A stretch of 61,976 nucleotides of DNA, taken from a virus. Lineage: Duplodnaviria > Caudoviricetes. The stretch's first letter is position 1. Every line of letters begins with the position of its first letter. The stretch covers positions 1 to 61,976 of the IMG/VR virus record IMGVR_UViG_3300030102_001784. One strand, 5' to 3'. Shown here in pieces: positions 53,701 through 61,976 of this stretch. A program made the translations under genes and the position numbers. Under the pieces are notes generated by a model. That model made no database searches, had not been told where the DNA came from, and saw only the letters and a list, made by a program, of their open reading frames with translations.

Positions 53701-56451
53701 ATAGTTTAATAAAGGTGGACTTATAGGATTAAAATCAAATAAATCACCTATAGTAGATATAACAGAAACAGTGTCTGTAGTTCTATCTGGATAATACTGT
53801 GTGTTAGTTTCTCCAACTGTAAAAGGAGCAGCTGGAGCTGTGTTTTGGACTCTACCAATTAATTGAACAGAACTTCTAAATTGTTTTTGTTCTGGTCCAA
53901 CTTCTGTTAAATCTCTAGGAACTTTGTTTATATTATCGTTTATTAAAACAACATGAGATGTTTGACCAACTTCTTTAGTTAAATCTTCAGGATATGAAGC
54001 CATTATACCAGGAAGATATACATTATAATATTCTTGTTCTTGTTGTTTTACAACTATTTTAAAAGAATACCAACCTAATGGGTTATATTCTGTGCTAGAA
54101 GTATTACCATTATATAAATTATTATTTGGTATAGGTGAACTTAATAAAACTTTTAAAGAATTACCAGGCCAAGTCGTAGTGTCTATGCTTTCATCTATGT
54201 ATGGTGAAAAAAGAGTAGAACCTCCTAATTCACCTGTTGATAAAAATACTGCAGTTTCTTTGCTAGACAATATAACACTAGATTGTCTACCGTATCTATC
54301 AGATAAAACAAAACCTACTTGATAATTTCTATTAGTTTTTACAGAACTATTTGGGTACTCTATTCTAGATGTAGAATTTTGCACGTCTGCACCAGGTTCA
54401 AAAATTAAAACTACAGAAAAACTAGGCCCAGGTGTTCCTACTGGAAAAGTAACATCTTCAGATAAAGTTATATTAGCAGCACCAGTAGTATTACTATCAG
54501 TCGATGTTAAAAATGTTCCTTCAGGAATACTAACCCCAAAAGAATTAGAAGAAATAAAAGATCCTACAAAAAACCCTGCAGGAGCTTTTGTTACATCAAC
54601 AGCTATTGTAGTTCCAGCAGTATAAGTGGCTGCGGCTCCTACGTAACCAACAGTAACCTCGTTTATATTAAAAGCATTTTTTCTATTAGAGGTAACATTA
54701 TAGTCTAATGAAGCTGGCGGAGTTATTTTGTTTTGAAAATTACCGTACATAACTCTATTTCCAGCAACTTCTTGCGCTTGTGCTCTTACTGGTACTTTAT
54801 CAAAAACTCTAATTAATTCTGATTCTGGAAGAGTTTTAGTTGGTTTTATAGATTGATAAACGTATGAAAAATAATTAGTGTCACCTATTTCTAATAAAAC
54901 ATTGTCACCTAATAATCCAGCTCCTATTGATGTTGATATTTCTAATTGTCCAGCAACAGGATTACTTGGGTCATCTGGAGTAAAAGACACTACTGTAGTT
55001 CCATCAGGTATACCAGCACCACTTACTGCACTTCCTTCTTGTATTCCACCTTGTATTTGTTTTATTTTTATTATACTTCCACCGGGAAAAGTTGCTTGAT
55101 CTGTTAAACATACAGCAGATTGGTTTGCAATTGAATCTATAGATAGAGTGTCTACAACTCTTACGGCTAAACTATCAGATTCTTTATAAAGTATATCTAT
55201 TGATTTTATTTTTAAAGCATCTTGTATTGTGTAGTTAGTAAAAGGTAGCGGTATTCTTAAGTCTATTTCATTTACTTTATTTTCCATAAAATAGACAACA
55301 GTACTTCTGTAGCTTTCGTCTTGATCATTTTTAGGTTGACTTCCTACTTGACCACTACCAGCATCAGGTTGTACATACATAAAATACCCGTCTTGTTTAG
55401 GTATAAAAGCTATTTGTGTAAATGGTGCAAATATAGAGTATTCATTATCTGTAAACTTAAACCTATAACTAAACCTAGCAAATCTGTCTTCTAAATAATC
55501 AGGATCACCCGAAAACGTATTATCAAAATAAGGATTAGGATTAAAAACAAGTCTTTGATTGTTATTTATTGTTATTGCGCCGCTAAGTTCAACCTCACCA
55601 GTCGCTGGATCATAATTTACAACTGTAAAACCTGTATCTGTTAAAGAATTATCACCTCCTGTTAAATTGTCTTGTATTGAAACAGTTGAAGGAACTCCGT
55701 ATGGAGATATAGCTGTATTTATTTCACCTTTAATATTATCTATAGGAATAAATGTGTCTGCAACTAAAACATTGGCACTAGCTAAAGCGCTACCGCCATT
55801 TGGTAAAAACAAACTACTTACATCTTTCATTGTACTTTCATACGGAACAGGATCAGTAGATAAAATGCTTTTGTTGTATAATTCCATACATTGATAAGGA
55901 TTATACTTAGCCACAGATATTTGATCTTCAGTTGTATAATATGTAGGGTTTGTATTTTTAGGATTATCGTTTGCTAATAGAGTGTTTATTACTCTTGGTT
56001 GATTACGATTATCTGTAAAAAACAATAAGTCTTGCAGTATGTTAACTCCAGTTATTAAGTTTGTTTGAGAAAAATTAAGAAAATTACCTTTAACTAAAAC
56101 AGTAGATATATTAGTTATTGTATTAGTTGATATTATAAAGTTATTAGCGGTTGGGTTATATGTAAATCTAGTTGGATCAGGATCTATGTAATCTGTAAAA
56201 AACAAATAAACATTACTGTTTAATTCGTCAGCAAAAACGCCAATACATACTATATCTAAAGTTTTTGTTAAGTCAAAATAATCAGATACAGCAATATTAC
56301 CAAGTGTGTTTTCTAAGTTACCAACTTGTGCACTTTCTGATTTACTTACTTGAGCATTTCTTGCATCTCTATACTCACCTTCAGGCAATATACGTGCGTC
56401 CAAGTCTTTGTTCATCTTGGACTTTAAAAAAGTATTTTGTACTTTAGCCAT
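50788..56451 (-). CDS. Large tail stabilisation/nozzle protein, N-terminal-type half with insertions
   Basis: KMNKDLDARILPEGEYRDARN...LLFFTDNRNQPRVIN...QEVAGNRVMYGNF...DRYGRQS, as in Bacteroidota podovirus tail proteins. Confidence 0.7.
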   Translation of the reverse strand: MAKVQNTFLKSKMNKDLDARILPEGEYRDARNAQVSKSESAQVGNLENTLGNIAVSDYFDLTKTLDIVCIGVFADELNSNVYLFFTDYIDPDPTRFTYNPTANNFIISTNTITNISTVLVKGNFLNFSQTNLITGVNILQDLLFFTDNRNQPRVINTLLANDNPKNTNPTYYTTEDQISVAKYNPYQCMELYNKSILSTDPVPYESTMKDVSSLFLPNGGSALASANVLVADTFIPIDNIKGEINTAISPYGVPSTVSIQDNLTGGDNSLTDTGFTVVNYDPATGEVELSGAITINNNQRLVFNPNPYFDNTFSGDPDYLEDRFARFSYRFKFTDNEYSIFAPFTQIAFIPKQDGYFMYVQPDAGSGQVGSQPKNDQDESYRSTVVYFMENKVNEIDLRIPLPFTNYTIQDALKIKSIDILYKESDSLAVRVVDTLSIDSIANQSAVCLTDQATFPGGSIIKIKQIQGGIQEGSAVSGAGIPDGTTVVSFTPDDPSNPVAGQLEISTSIGAGLLGDNVLLEIGDTNYFSYVYQSIKPTKTLPESELIRVFDKVPVRAQAQEVAGNRVMYGNFQNKITPPASLDYNVTSNRKNAFNINEVTVGYVGAAATYTAGTTIAVDVTKAPAGFFVGSFISSNSFGVSIPEGTFLTSTDSNTTGAANITLSEDVTFPVGTPGPSFSVVLIFEPGADVQNSTSRIEYPNSSVKTNRNYQVGFVLSDRYGRQSSVILSSKETAVFLSTGELGGSTLFSPYIDESIDTTTWPGNSLKVLLSSPIPNNNLYNGNTSSTEYNPLGWYSFKIVVKQQEQEYYNVYLPGIMASYPEDLTKEVGQTSHVVLINDNINKVPRDLTEVGPEQKQFRSSVQLIGRVQNTAPAAPFTVGETNTQYYPDRTTDTVSVISTIGDLFDFNPISPPLLNYFPQFYDVESNPLIARLSTENQIGQLANANYLPAGGETGIIAVSGTSIDLFSFSADPSIFVNIVPGTLENYLATGQGIPAETYVSANTFDPATGLMNVSFKNQAGNPVFVSLEANTQVSFVPTLGPSADPAFKLTSPGLQYLAVCETEPVESALDIFWETSTSGKISDLNAAVLNTQSEPGGADITWNDNFNEGLKASDLAAGDDGFILDTPFQVVNTFGEVIQLDPATDIVEFAAPNGLAAITNENGENVNQSIFTSTTTTPKDYFRLIDTGTNPSGFGPWQVKITSNTGGGGPGEDIPPANNYFDNIFYFYNDNENLRQFNFTIRVVVDGQENFITKTANLQNVAPEFFKVEALNDNTPNVIYGPGGTVPYPIGPSAFPLVPVRSTKGTLAIANFEFKNGSANITDPNLSDNGRALSTRDVEIINTAFESGKIFSQNIGLPNGPVAEVDGSPIFSLEQLVPTNTGVLNFRVINNFFTASELIPADIYYITLALQDAGPGLVFLQLEVNMKVELNNSNFWNKSQQFDLYNLSAPTESDYRPENLPFGIPQYSHPPQWRTDNSGSSPYCGYNCQPFGTSTNWWHYPCTLFEIRSTDTGASPDQYGWYIYGLGFFDNTQVAAGECCETSNNHGTAASYSMVQYAQDLASNANTDQIVIPLNTPVTGGDHLVQAQPSTLRPRGFSAATIAAIDSWGYPPLINGRIAVTGYNPANHHWTYEILDGDDTTVLPDTPSAGAPGTALTGCMKLFKDVGGSYDFNTGVSTYGAGWNYNNGSIPVTEMEERVLDGTPARRIERIKYTQVNLLGQKEFYLKPLQGPEGSLDGYNRGGVAALDPNHDYVANGPQIIYTYHGPFNFRTSPWFFVPTNGTTTNYEPIFKVWSMWTYSGLVPSTWRKGGEDRKSYFKWSQQWSVTAPYPPGPDFNFTPFNDEAANEGIAEQMLEGSGGGCASNAAQRNQVWRPENVPFYQFAII

Positions 56452-56457
56452 TAAATT

Positions 56458-57711
56458 TTAGTGTTTTATCCATTTAGACTTACCTCTCATAACTTGAACT
56501 ATTTCTTCTAGTTTTATGTTAGAAAGTCTTATTTTAGCATTTCTTAAAGCTGATCTTCTATCTTTTTTAAATCTAGCTATAATAGCTTCTGAAGTATTAG
56601 CTCTATTTGCTAATAAGTTGTATGATATACTCATATACATAGCTTCTTCAGCTAGTTTAGGTACTCTTGTATCCAAATCGTAAGCTAATCCATCAGAAAT
56701 ATACTCAATTACAACTAACTCATTAACTAAGTTGCTAGAAAAAGTAAATGTTCCATATTTTTCATTTATACCAAACCAACCATTGTATTGAGATGTTTGC
56801 GGATCTAAACCATAAAGTCTACCCCAGTTCCAAGGACCTGATCCATAAAATCCATCAGCATATAAACTGTATGCTATGTCATCAAACAACTGAGCAAAAG
56901 CTCTATTGTTTATTAATTTATCATCTGCGTTTTGCCATCTGTCAACAGTAATAGATGTAGTATCTATGTCTTCACCAAAATTATCTTGTATAGGTATACC
57001 TGAAGCGTCTTGAGCTAGATTAGAATAAGGATTTATTGTTAAGTTATTGTTAGGATATAAAGGATGTTTAACTCCAAGTTTATCTATTCTTGAAAGATTA
57101 ACATAATTAACATAGTCTTGAGGTAAAGGTAAAGATAAACTGCTAGGTATTGTTAGTTCTTGTGATTTTATAGATTTTAAAGTATCATAACTAAACTCTT
57201 GTAAGGATCTTTTAGCAAAAAACAATACATCTGATTTTTTAGCTGTTTGTATTATTTTACCATCTCCAACATAGCCAACCATATAATTGTCTATAATATC
57301 ACCTAATTTTACATATTGATAAGAACCATAATTTTCTTGAACTGTTTCTCCAAAAGCTTCTGAAGAAGCATTATCAGCATACTTACCGCCATCTAAAGTT
57401 TTTAATTGAACTACTATGTATAAACCTTCAGCAGGAGGTGTTGTAAAAATAATTTTATTGTTTTGTACAGTATAAGGAAGTATATATTCTGTCCAGCTAC
57501 CTGGATTTGGCAAAGCTGTTAGACTTGTGTATATTTTAAAATTGTTTAAAGCGTATGCAACTTCAGTAGGATCAGAACTACCAAAAACTAAATCAGTATT
57601 GAAAGTAGTAGTAAATTCACTTTGTAAAGTTACGCCATCAGGCAAAAAAGCACCTATAAAACCTTGAGCTCCTTGATAATATTGTTGATTTGTTTCTTTT
57701 ACTAAACTCAT
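56458..57711 (-). CDS. Tail ring/adaptor protein
   Basis: LPLPQDYVNYV...VIEYISDG; lies between capsid and nozzle genes. Confidence 0.6.
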   Translation of the reverse strand: MSLVKETNQQYYQGAQGFIGAFLPDGVTLQSEFTTTFNTDLVFGSSDPTEVAYALNNFKIYTSLTALPNPGSWTEYILPYTVQNNKIIFTTPPAEGLYIVVQLKTLDGGKYADNASSEAFGETVQENYGSYQYVKLGDIIDNYMVGYVGDGKIIQTAKKSDVLFFAKRSLQEFSYDTLKSIKSQELTIPSSLSLPLPQDYVNYVNLSRIDKLGVKHPLYPNNNLTINPYSNLAQDASGIPIQDNFGEDIDTTSITVDRWQNADDKLINNRAFAQLFDDIAYSLYADGFYGSGPWNWGRLYGLDPQTSQYNGWFGINEKYGTFTFSSNLVNELVVIEYISDGLAYDLDTRVPKLAEEAMYMSISYNLLANRANTSEAIIARFKKDRRSALRNAKIRLSNIKLEEIVQVMRGKSKWIKH

Positions 57712-57715
57712 TTAT

Positions 57716-58528
57716 TTAAGATTTTTCGTTAGCTTGTACTTCTGCTGCTTCTTGAGTAGCAACATCTATAATTGTAGGATCGTTTATGATTACACCAGCG
57801 TATTTTAATATACCTATAATTAGGTTAGTTTGCTCAGAAGGTGCTAGATCAAAATTAGTTGATCCTTGAGGTGAAAAAACATATTGACCTTGTAATCCTT
57901 GTATAAAACCCCATCTTGGAGCTCTTGGTAAAACTATGCAGTTTACTTCAACTTCATTAGGAACAGGACTTATTTTATAAAAAGGAGTATAACCAGGTTG
58001 AAATATTCCGCTGTCAACATATGCTATAGGAAATTTTTCTGTTGGAGCTGTTAATTTAGATCTGGTTATTTTATTGAAATCAGATTTTGAAACTAATTGC
58101 GTTATAAATTGACCTCCAGATGTAGAAGCCTGAGGACTTGTATTTCCAGTTAAAGAAGATTTATAGCTTGAAAGTATTTCACCAGTCCAGTATATTACAA
58201 ACTCAGCTTCTTGGTTACTATCATCATTAGGATTTTCAGGATTATAATTCCAAGCAGCTCTTTCATTGTTAAAATTAAATTGCAAATCTCTTACAAAAGG
58301 AGCTAATTTTTCTTCTTGATTTTTAAAAATATTAAAAAACTGAGTATCGTTTTGTGTATTGTTTTGATTTTGACGGTTCAATTGACTTCCGTCAGGAAAA
58401 TATGATTCAAATATTTCCAACTGCACTTGTGCTGCTAAACTATTGAACTCTGCAGGTGTTACATATCCTCTTTGCTCTTTATTTAATATTTGCAAGGTTG
58501 TTGTATATACTGTGTTTATATCTACCAT
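57716..58528 (-). CDS. Tail ring/head-tail connector protein
   Basis: NKEQRGYVTPAEFN...AQVQLEIF; position in the tail cluster. Confidence 0.6.
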   Translation of the reverse strand: MVDINTVYTTTLQILNKEQRGYVTPAEFNSLAAQVQLEIFESYFPDGSQLNRQNQNNTQNDTQFFNIFKNQEEKLAPFVRDLQFNFNNERAAWNYNPENPNDDSNQEAEFVIYWTGEILSSYKSSLTGNTSPQASTSGGQFITQLVSKSDFNKITRSKLTAPTEKFPIAYVDSGIFQPGYTPFYKISPVPNEVEVNCIVLPRAPRWGFIQGLQGQYVFSPQGSTNFDLAPSEQTNLIIGILKYAGVIINDPTIIDVATQEAAEVQANEKS

Positions 58529-58545
58529 TGTTAATTTTTTAAAAT

Positions 58546-58576
58546 ACTATAAAGGCGGACGTATCCGCCTTATAAT
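58546..58576. terminator. Hairpin/terminator
   Basis: AAGGCGGA-cgta-TCCGCCTT stem. Confidence 0.55.
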
Positions 58577-58604
58577 AGTATCACTTGTTTTTATAGTTTT
58601 TTAT
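58577..58604 (-). promoter_or_regulatory. Class II phage promoter candidate
   Basis: ATAAA-N15-GTGATACT upstream of the tail genes. Confidence 0.55.
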
Positions 58605-59355
58605 CTATAGATTTATAGATTTCAACACCTTCGTCTGTTTTTAAGAAAGCAGCAAATGCTGAATAAGGATTTTCATCAAAAGGTACATTCATTAATTTTC
58701 TACCATTTGATCCCCACGAAAACGTTCTTTGATCTTGAGATAACTTTACTAACCCGTTTTCTACGGCTTTTATTGCAAAGTTTCTTAATTGAACATTATC
58801 GTCTTTAGCTAACGCTATAAAAGTTTTAGGGTTTTGTTTAGCAAATAAAAGTAAATCTCTTTTTAATTCTTTAGAGCTTAATTTATTTACAACAGAGCCT
58901 TTTTCAACTCTCATTATAGCTTCTGCTTGATCTATTTCCATATTTCTTGCAGCATTTAAAGCGTCAATTTGTAATGTTAAGTCATCTAATTGATCTTCAG
59001 CTACAACTTTAGGTTTAAATTCGTCATATATTCTACCTTTCATAGGGTGATAAATAGAAAGAAGTTTTTGTAAAGCAACTTCTCTTTTATCAGTTCTTAG
59101 AGTTCCGTCTCTAAATACTATATGACCCATTGTGCATTCTCCTTTTTGTTCGTCTACTAATGGAGATTCTTGATTTGTAGCATATCTTATTTCTCTTTGT
59201 TTTCCTGTTTTTTCATCAAAATATAATAAAGAGTGTTTTTTAGTATGCTTACCAGGTATTGTTAATGTTAATGGAGTTTTATTACCTTTTAAATAATAAA
59301 CTCTATCTTTTATTTCCCAACTTTTTTCAGCTGGTTTTTCTTTTGTTTTTGACAT
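58591..59355 (-). CDS. Conserved-looking protein downstream of the major capsid gene
   Basis: 254 aa directly after MCP; function unknown. Confidence 0.75.
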   Translation of the reverse strand: MSKTKEKPAEKSWEIKDRVYYLKGNKTPLTLTIPGKHTKKHSLLYFDEKTGKQREIRYATNQESPLVDEQKGECTMGHIVFRDGTLRTDKREVALQKLLSIYHPMKGRIYDEFKPKVVAEDQLDDLTLQIDALNAARNMEIDQAEAIMRVEKGSVVNKLSSKELKRDLLLFAKQNPKTFIALAKDDNVQLRNFAIKAVENGLVKLSQDQRTFSWGSNGRKLMNVPFDENPYSAFAAFLKTDEGVEIYKSIDKKL

Positions 59356-59377
59356 AATATAATATAATTAAATAGTT

Positions 59378-59424
59378 AAAATAAAACCCTGGGGCCGCGC
59401 TCACTATGCAACCCCAGAATTTTA
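59378..59424 (-). terminator. Probable terminator/attenuator after the major capsid gene
   Basis: CTGGGG...CCCCAG stem followed by a T-rich run on the - strand. Confidence 0.6.
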
Positions 59425-59434
59425 ATAAAAGGAA

Positions 59435-60907
59435 TTATGCTCCTTTAAATAATACAAAGTTATTAGCAGCTTGCGTTACTAAACATCTTTCAGATAGGAA
59501 GTTTACTTCCATAGCATCTAAAGTAGATGTAAATGCACCACCTGCAGAACCAGTTAACCATGATTTCATTCTTCGGTCATCATTTTGAGAAGCTCTATAT
59601 CTTACATGTAAGAAAGGTCTTCTGATATTAGTACCTAAAATTTGATCATAAACTGTACTTGTTCCAGCAGGAACTAATACTCCTTCGATTGAACTAACAC
59701 CTTGAACACCGCCACGAGTTGAAGCGTCGTTTAAGTATTTCCAATCAGTTTTGTAGAAGTCGTAAGAACCTCTTCTGAATCCAGAGAATCCAAGGTTAAG
59801 AGCCATTTCTTCTGAGTTTTCGAATAAACCGAAAGCAGTACCACCAGCGAAACCACCAGAGATATTAGCTAACATATCATCGAAATCAAGAGAAGTTTGT
59901 CTTTGTAAGAAAAGCATGTTTTCTTCAATAGCACCTTGAGTATCTAAGTTTTTCAAAATTGCATCAAACTCATCAAGTCCGTTAGCAGCTGTAAATCCTA
60001 TTTCTACATTACCTCTATCTTCAATAGCGGCAAAAAGACCTTCAGATCCTGGAAGTTCAGCAGCTCCATAGTTTGCAGCAGCAGCAGCGTTAACATTCTT
60101 TTCAGATTCTACCATAGACATTTCTAGGTAATCTTCGAAACGTAGTCTTGTTTCAGACTCAGCTTTTAAGTACCATAAATATCCAGAAGCACCATCTTCA
60201 GTCGCAACTTCTACCCAACCAATTTGAGCCATATCAGATCCAGATATAACATACTGATCTCTTAGGATAATAGGTGAGTTAGAAAATTGTGTAAAAGAAG
60301 GCTCAATTGAAACTCTTGCAGCTGAATTACCAGCTCCAGCTCCAATAGTTGTTCCTTTTGTGTAAGCAGAACCGTATACAAATATCTTAATATCACCTGC
60401 TAAACCAGCACCTGTTATAGTGATACCAGCAGCGGCAAAACCAGCATTTGCAAAAGGTTGTACAGTAATAGTACCTGCAGCGATCGCAGTAACAATACCT
60501 TTTCCTTCTGAACCATTAGGATCTAAAAGTACAACTGTATCGTTAATTGAAACAACATTTTCTATTACTGGTACAACACCTGCACCAGTTACTGGAATAT
60601 TAATAACTGATTCGTTATTAGCTCCAGCAGCTTCTACACCACATCCATCGTAAGATACGTGTAGTCTATTTTGTTCTGACCAAATTACTTGGTCGGATGT
60701 CATTGGCATTTCAGCGCCAACCATTCTCAAGAATCCAGATAACGTTCTGTTTCCATAACGCTCTACTTCTTGTTCGTAAATTTCAGGTAAGTATTGCTCA
60801 GCAAATGTTCCACCACCAGCAGGGTCATTAAATACTAAATAGTTGCTAGCTAATGGTTGTTGAACAGGCGAAGGTACAATACTACCAAATTGAGGTTGTA
60901 AACTCAT
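59435..60907 (-). CDS. Major capsid protein
   Basis: 490 aa after portal and scaffold, followed by a terminator; composition consistent with an HK97-type MCP. Confidence 0.8.
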   Translation of the reverse strand: MSLQPQFGSIVPSPVQQPLASNYLVFNDPAGGGTFAEQYLPEIYEQEVERYGNRTLSGFLRMVGAEMPMTSDQVIWSEQNRLHVSYDGCGVEAAGANNESVINIPVTGAGVVPVIENVVSINDTVVLLDPNGSEGKGIVTAIAAGTITVQPFANAGFAAAGITITGAGLAGDIKIFVYGSAYTKGTTIGAGAGNSAARVSIEPSFTQFSNSPIILRDQYVISGSDMAQIGWVEVATEDGASGYLWYLKAESETRLRFEDYLEMSMVESEKNVNAAAAANYGAAELPGSEGLFAAIEDRGNVEIGFTAANGLDEFDAILKNLDTQGAIEENMLFLQRQTSLDFDDMLANISGGFAGGTAFGLFENSEEMALNLGFSGFRRGSYDFYKTDWKYLNDASTRGGVQGVSSIEGVLVPAGTSTVYDQILGTNIRRPFLHVRYRASQNDDRRMKSWLTGSAGGAFTSTLDAMEVNFLSERCLVTQAANNFVLFKGA

Positions 60908-60922
60908 AATTTGTTATTTTAA

Positions 60923-61976
60923 TTAGTTAAATTTTTTTGTTCGTATTCTTAACTTAGATGAATCCGCCCCAGATATTGCTTTAACTTTCATGCCACCAAT
61001 AAACACTTCTCCCTGTGATTTTCTACCTTCAGTATCACTAAGGTTTTTAGACTTGTTTACTACTTCTTTAACAGCGTCAGCTCTACCTTGCTCATAAAAA
61101 TGAGTGGCGATTTGATCTACGTTTTCAGCAGCATACATAGCTTTGTGATAACCTTTTTCGTCTTTCATATTACCTTCGCTGTCTAAGAACTTCCCGACAA
61201 GGTTAGTTATGTTCGATTGATTTTCGGCTACTTTATCAAGATTTACAACATTGTATTTAAACTTTTTTTCACCAACTTTTATATCGAAACCTTCGAAATC
61301 CTGGCTAAACAAATTTTTTGTTTTATTTTTAAAATCTGCATGTTGTTGCTCTGCTATTTTTTGCTCCTTATTGTAGCGATTGAAAAAGTCCATAGCTCTT
61401 TGTTGCTCTTGGGTTACGCCTGGTCTCAACTTGATCTCATCGTAATATTTACCTTTAAGCTTTTCCAAAAAGTTTCTAGCTTCTGCAATCTCTTCTTTTT
61501 TAGCGAGTTTTTTTCTTTTGACTTCTCGCTCTTCGTCAATATCAACATCATAATCAAATTTTTCTTCCATTATGAAGTTAATTTCTTCTAAATCTAAATG
61601 TGGTTTAGATTTTTTATAATACTCTTTCAACAATGTATTTTCATCTACATTTGTATAATCAGCATTTAATCTTGTATAATCTTCTATAGTGCCACCAGTT
61701 TCTTCCATAAAAGCAACTAGTTTTTCTATATTTTCAGGTAAAGGTTTACCTAATACTTTTTCATCTCTTATAGCTTCTTTAACTTCAGCTTCAACTTCTT
61801 TAATTTCTTCTTCAGTTACTTCTTTGATCGGAGAAAACCCTTCAGTAGTCTCGTTGGACTCTTGTACAGGTTCTCCCACCTCTGTGCTATCTCCGGATGG
61901 TTTTTCCACAGATACCTCCTTTGTTTCTCCGATTTGAATGGCATCTTCTTTTTCTTCTTGTCTTGGAATTACTACT
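60923..61976 (-). CDS. Probable scaffolding protein (3' part; reading frame open to the window end)
   Basis: Acidic/charged helical protein upstream of MCP ending YEQGRADAVK...; joins 1..303 across the junction. Confidence 0.75.
   Translation of the reverse strand, partial: VVIPRQEEKEDAIQIGETKEVSVEKPSGDSTEVGEPVQESNETTEGFSPIKEVTEEEIKEVEAEVKEAIRDEKVLGKPLPENIEKLVAFMEETGGTIEDYTRLNADYTNVDENTLLKEYYKKSKPHLDLEEINFIMEEKFDYDVDIDEEREVKRKKLAKKEEIAEARNFLEKLKGKYYDEIKLRPGVTQEQQRAMDFFNRYNKEQKIAEQQHADFKNKTKNLFSQDFEGFDIKVGEKKFKYNVVNLDKVAENQSNITNLVGKFLDSEGNMKDEKGYHKAMYAAENVDQIATHFYEQGRADAVKEVVNKSKNLSDTEGRKSQGEVFIGGMKVKAISGADSSKLRIRTKKFN
61826..61950. repeat. Terminal overlap with 1..125
   Basis: 124 of 125 positions identical. 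Confidence 0.95.

Noticed and set aside
333-61976. Stop-codon reassignment, introns or inteins as in some crAss-like phages
   Set aside because: Genes tile densely under the standard code, and terL, helicase and nrdAB are uninterrupted and of normal length.

Overview
Apparently complete, circularly permuted ~61.8-kb AT-rich tailed dsDNA phage genome. The ends overlap by 125 bp and split the scaffold gene. Gene content and the A/T-rich, Shine-Dalgarno-poor leaders suggest a podovirus-type phage of Bacteroidota/Flavobacteriia (inference). There are two transcriptional arms diverging from a non-coding control region at ~17.5-18.0 kb. The + strand early/replication arm (17.7-35.5 kb) carries small early genes, tRNA-like RNAs, tRNA-Met, ligase, a sigma-70 factor, ERF, exonuclease, primase-helicase, a dCMP-hydroxymethylase-like thymidylate synthase homologue, MazG-like enzymes and nrdAB; I recognise no DNA polymerase. 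The - strand late arm carries tail fibres, GroEL/GroES, holin, terminase, portal, scaffold, capsid, tail, a 2882-aa probable ejected protein and an M15 endolysin. Best candidate new system: the 2882-aa protein contains a zincin HExxH module, a sigma-70 region-2-like module, an HNH-like module and a HAD module, with recurring K[FA]SK motifs near module boundaries. The early arm has six copies of a non-host-like promoter (TTACARAY-N17-AGATAATATA), and a second class (RTAAD-N15-GTRAnnnT) precedes replication and late genes. This suggests a virion-delivered sigma followed by the stand-alone phage sigma. Other notable items: two anticodon-less G3-U70 tRNA/tmRNA-like RNAs plus a third structured RNA, a TGACA-N33-TGTCA site pair with a TGACA iteron-like cluster, a possible modified-cytosine pathway, an SP-motif small-protein family and a GC-rich candidate overprinted ORF inside terL. 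All family assignments come from motif recognition by eye, not from database searches.
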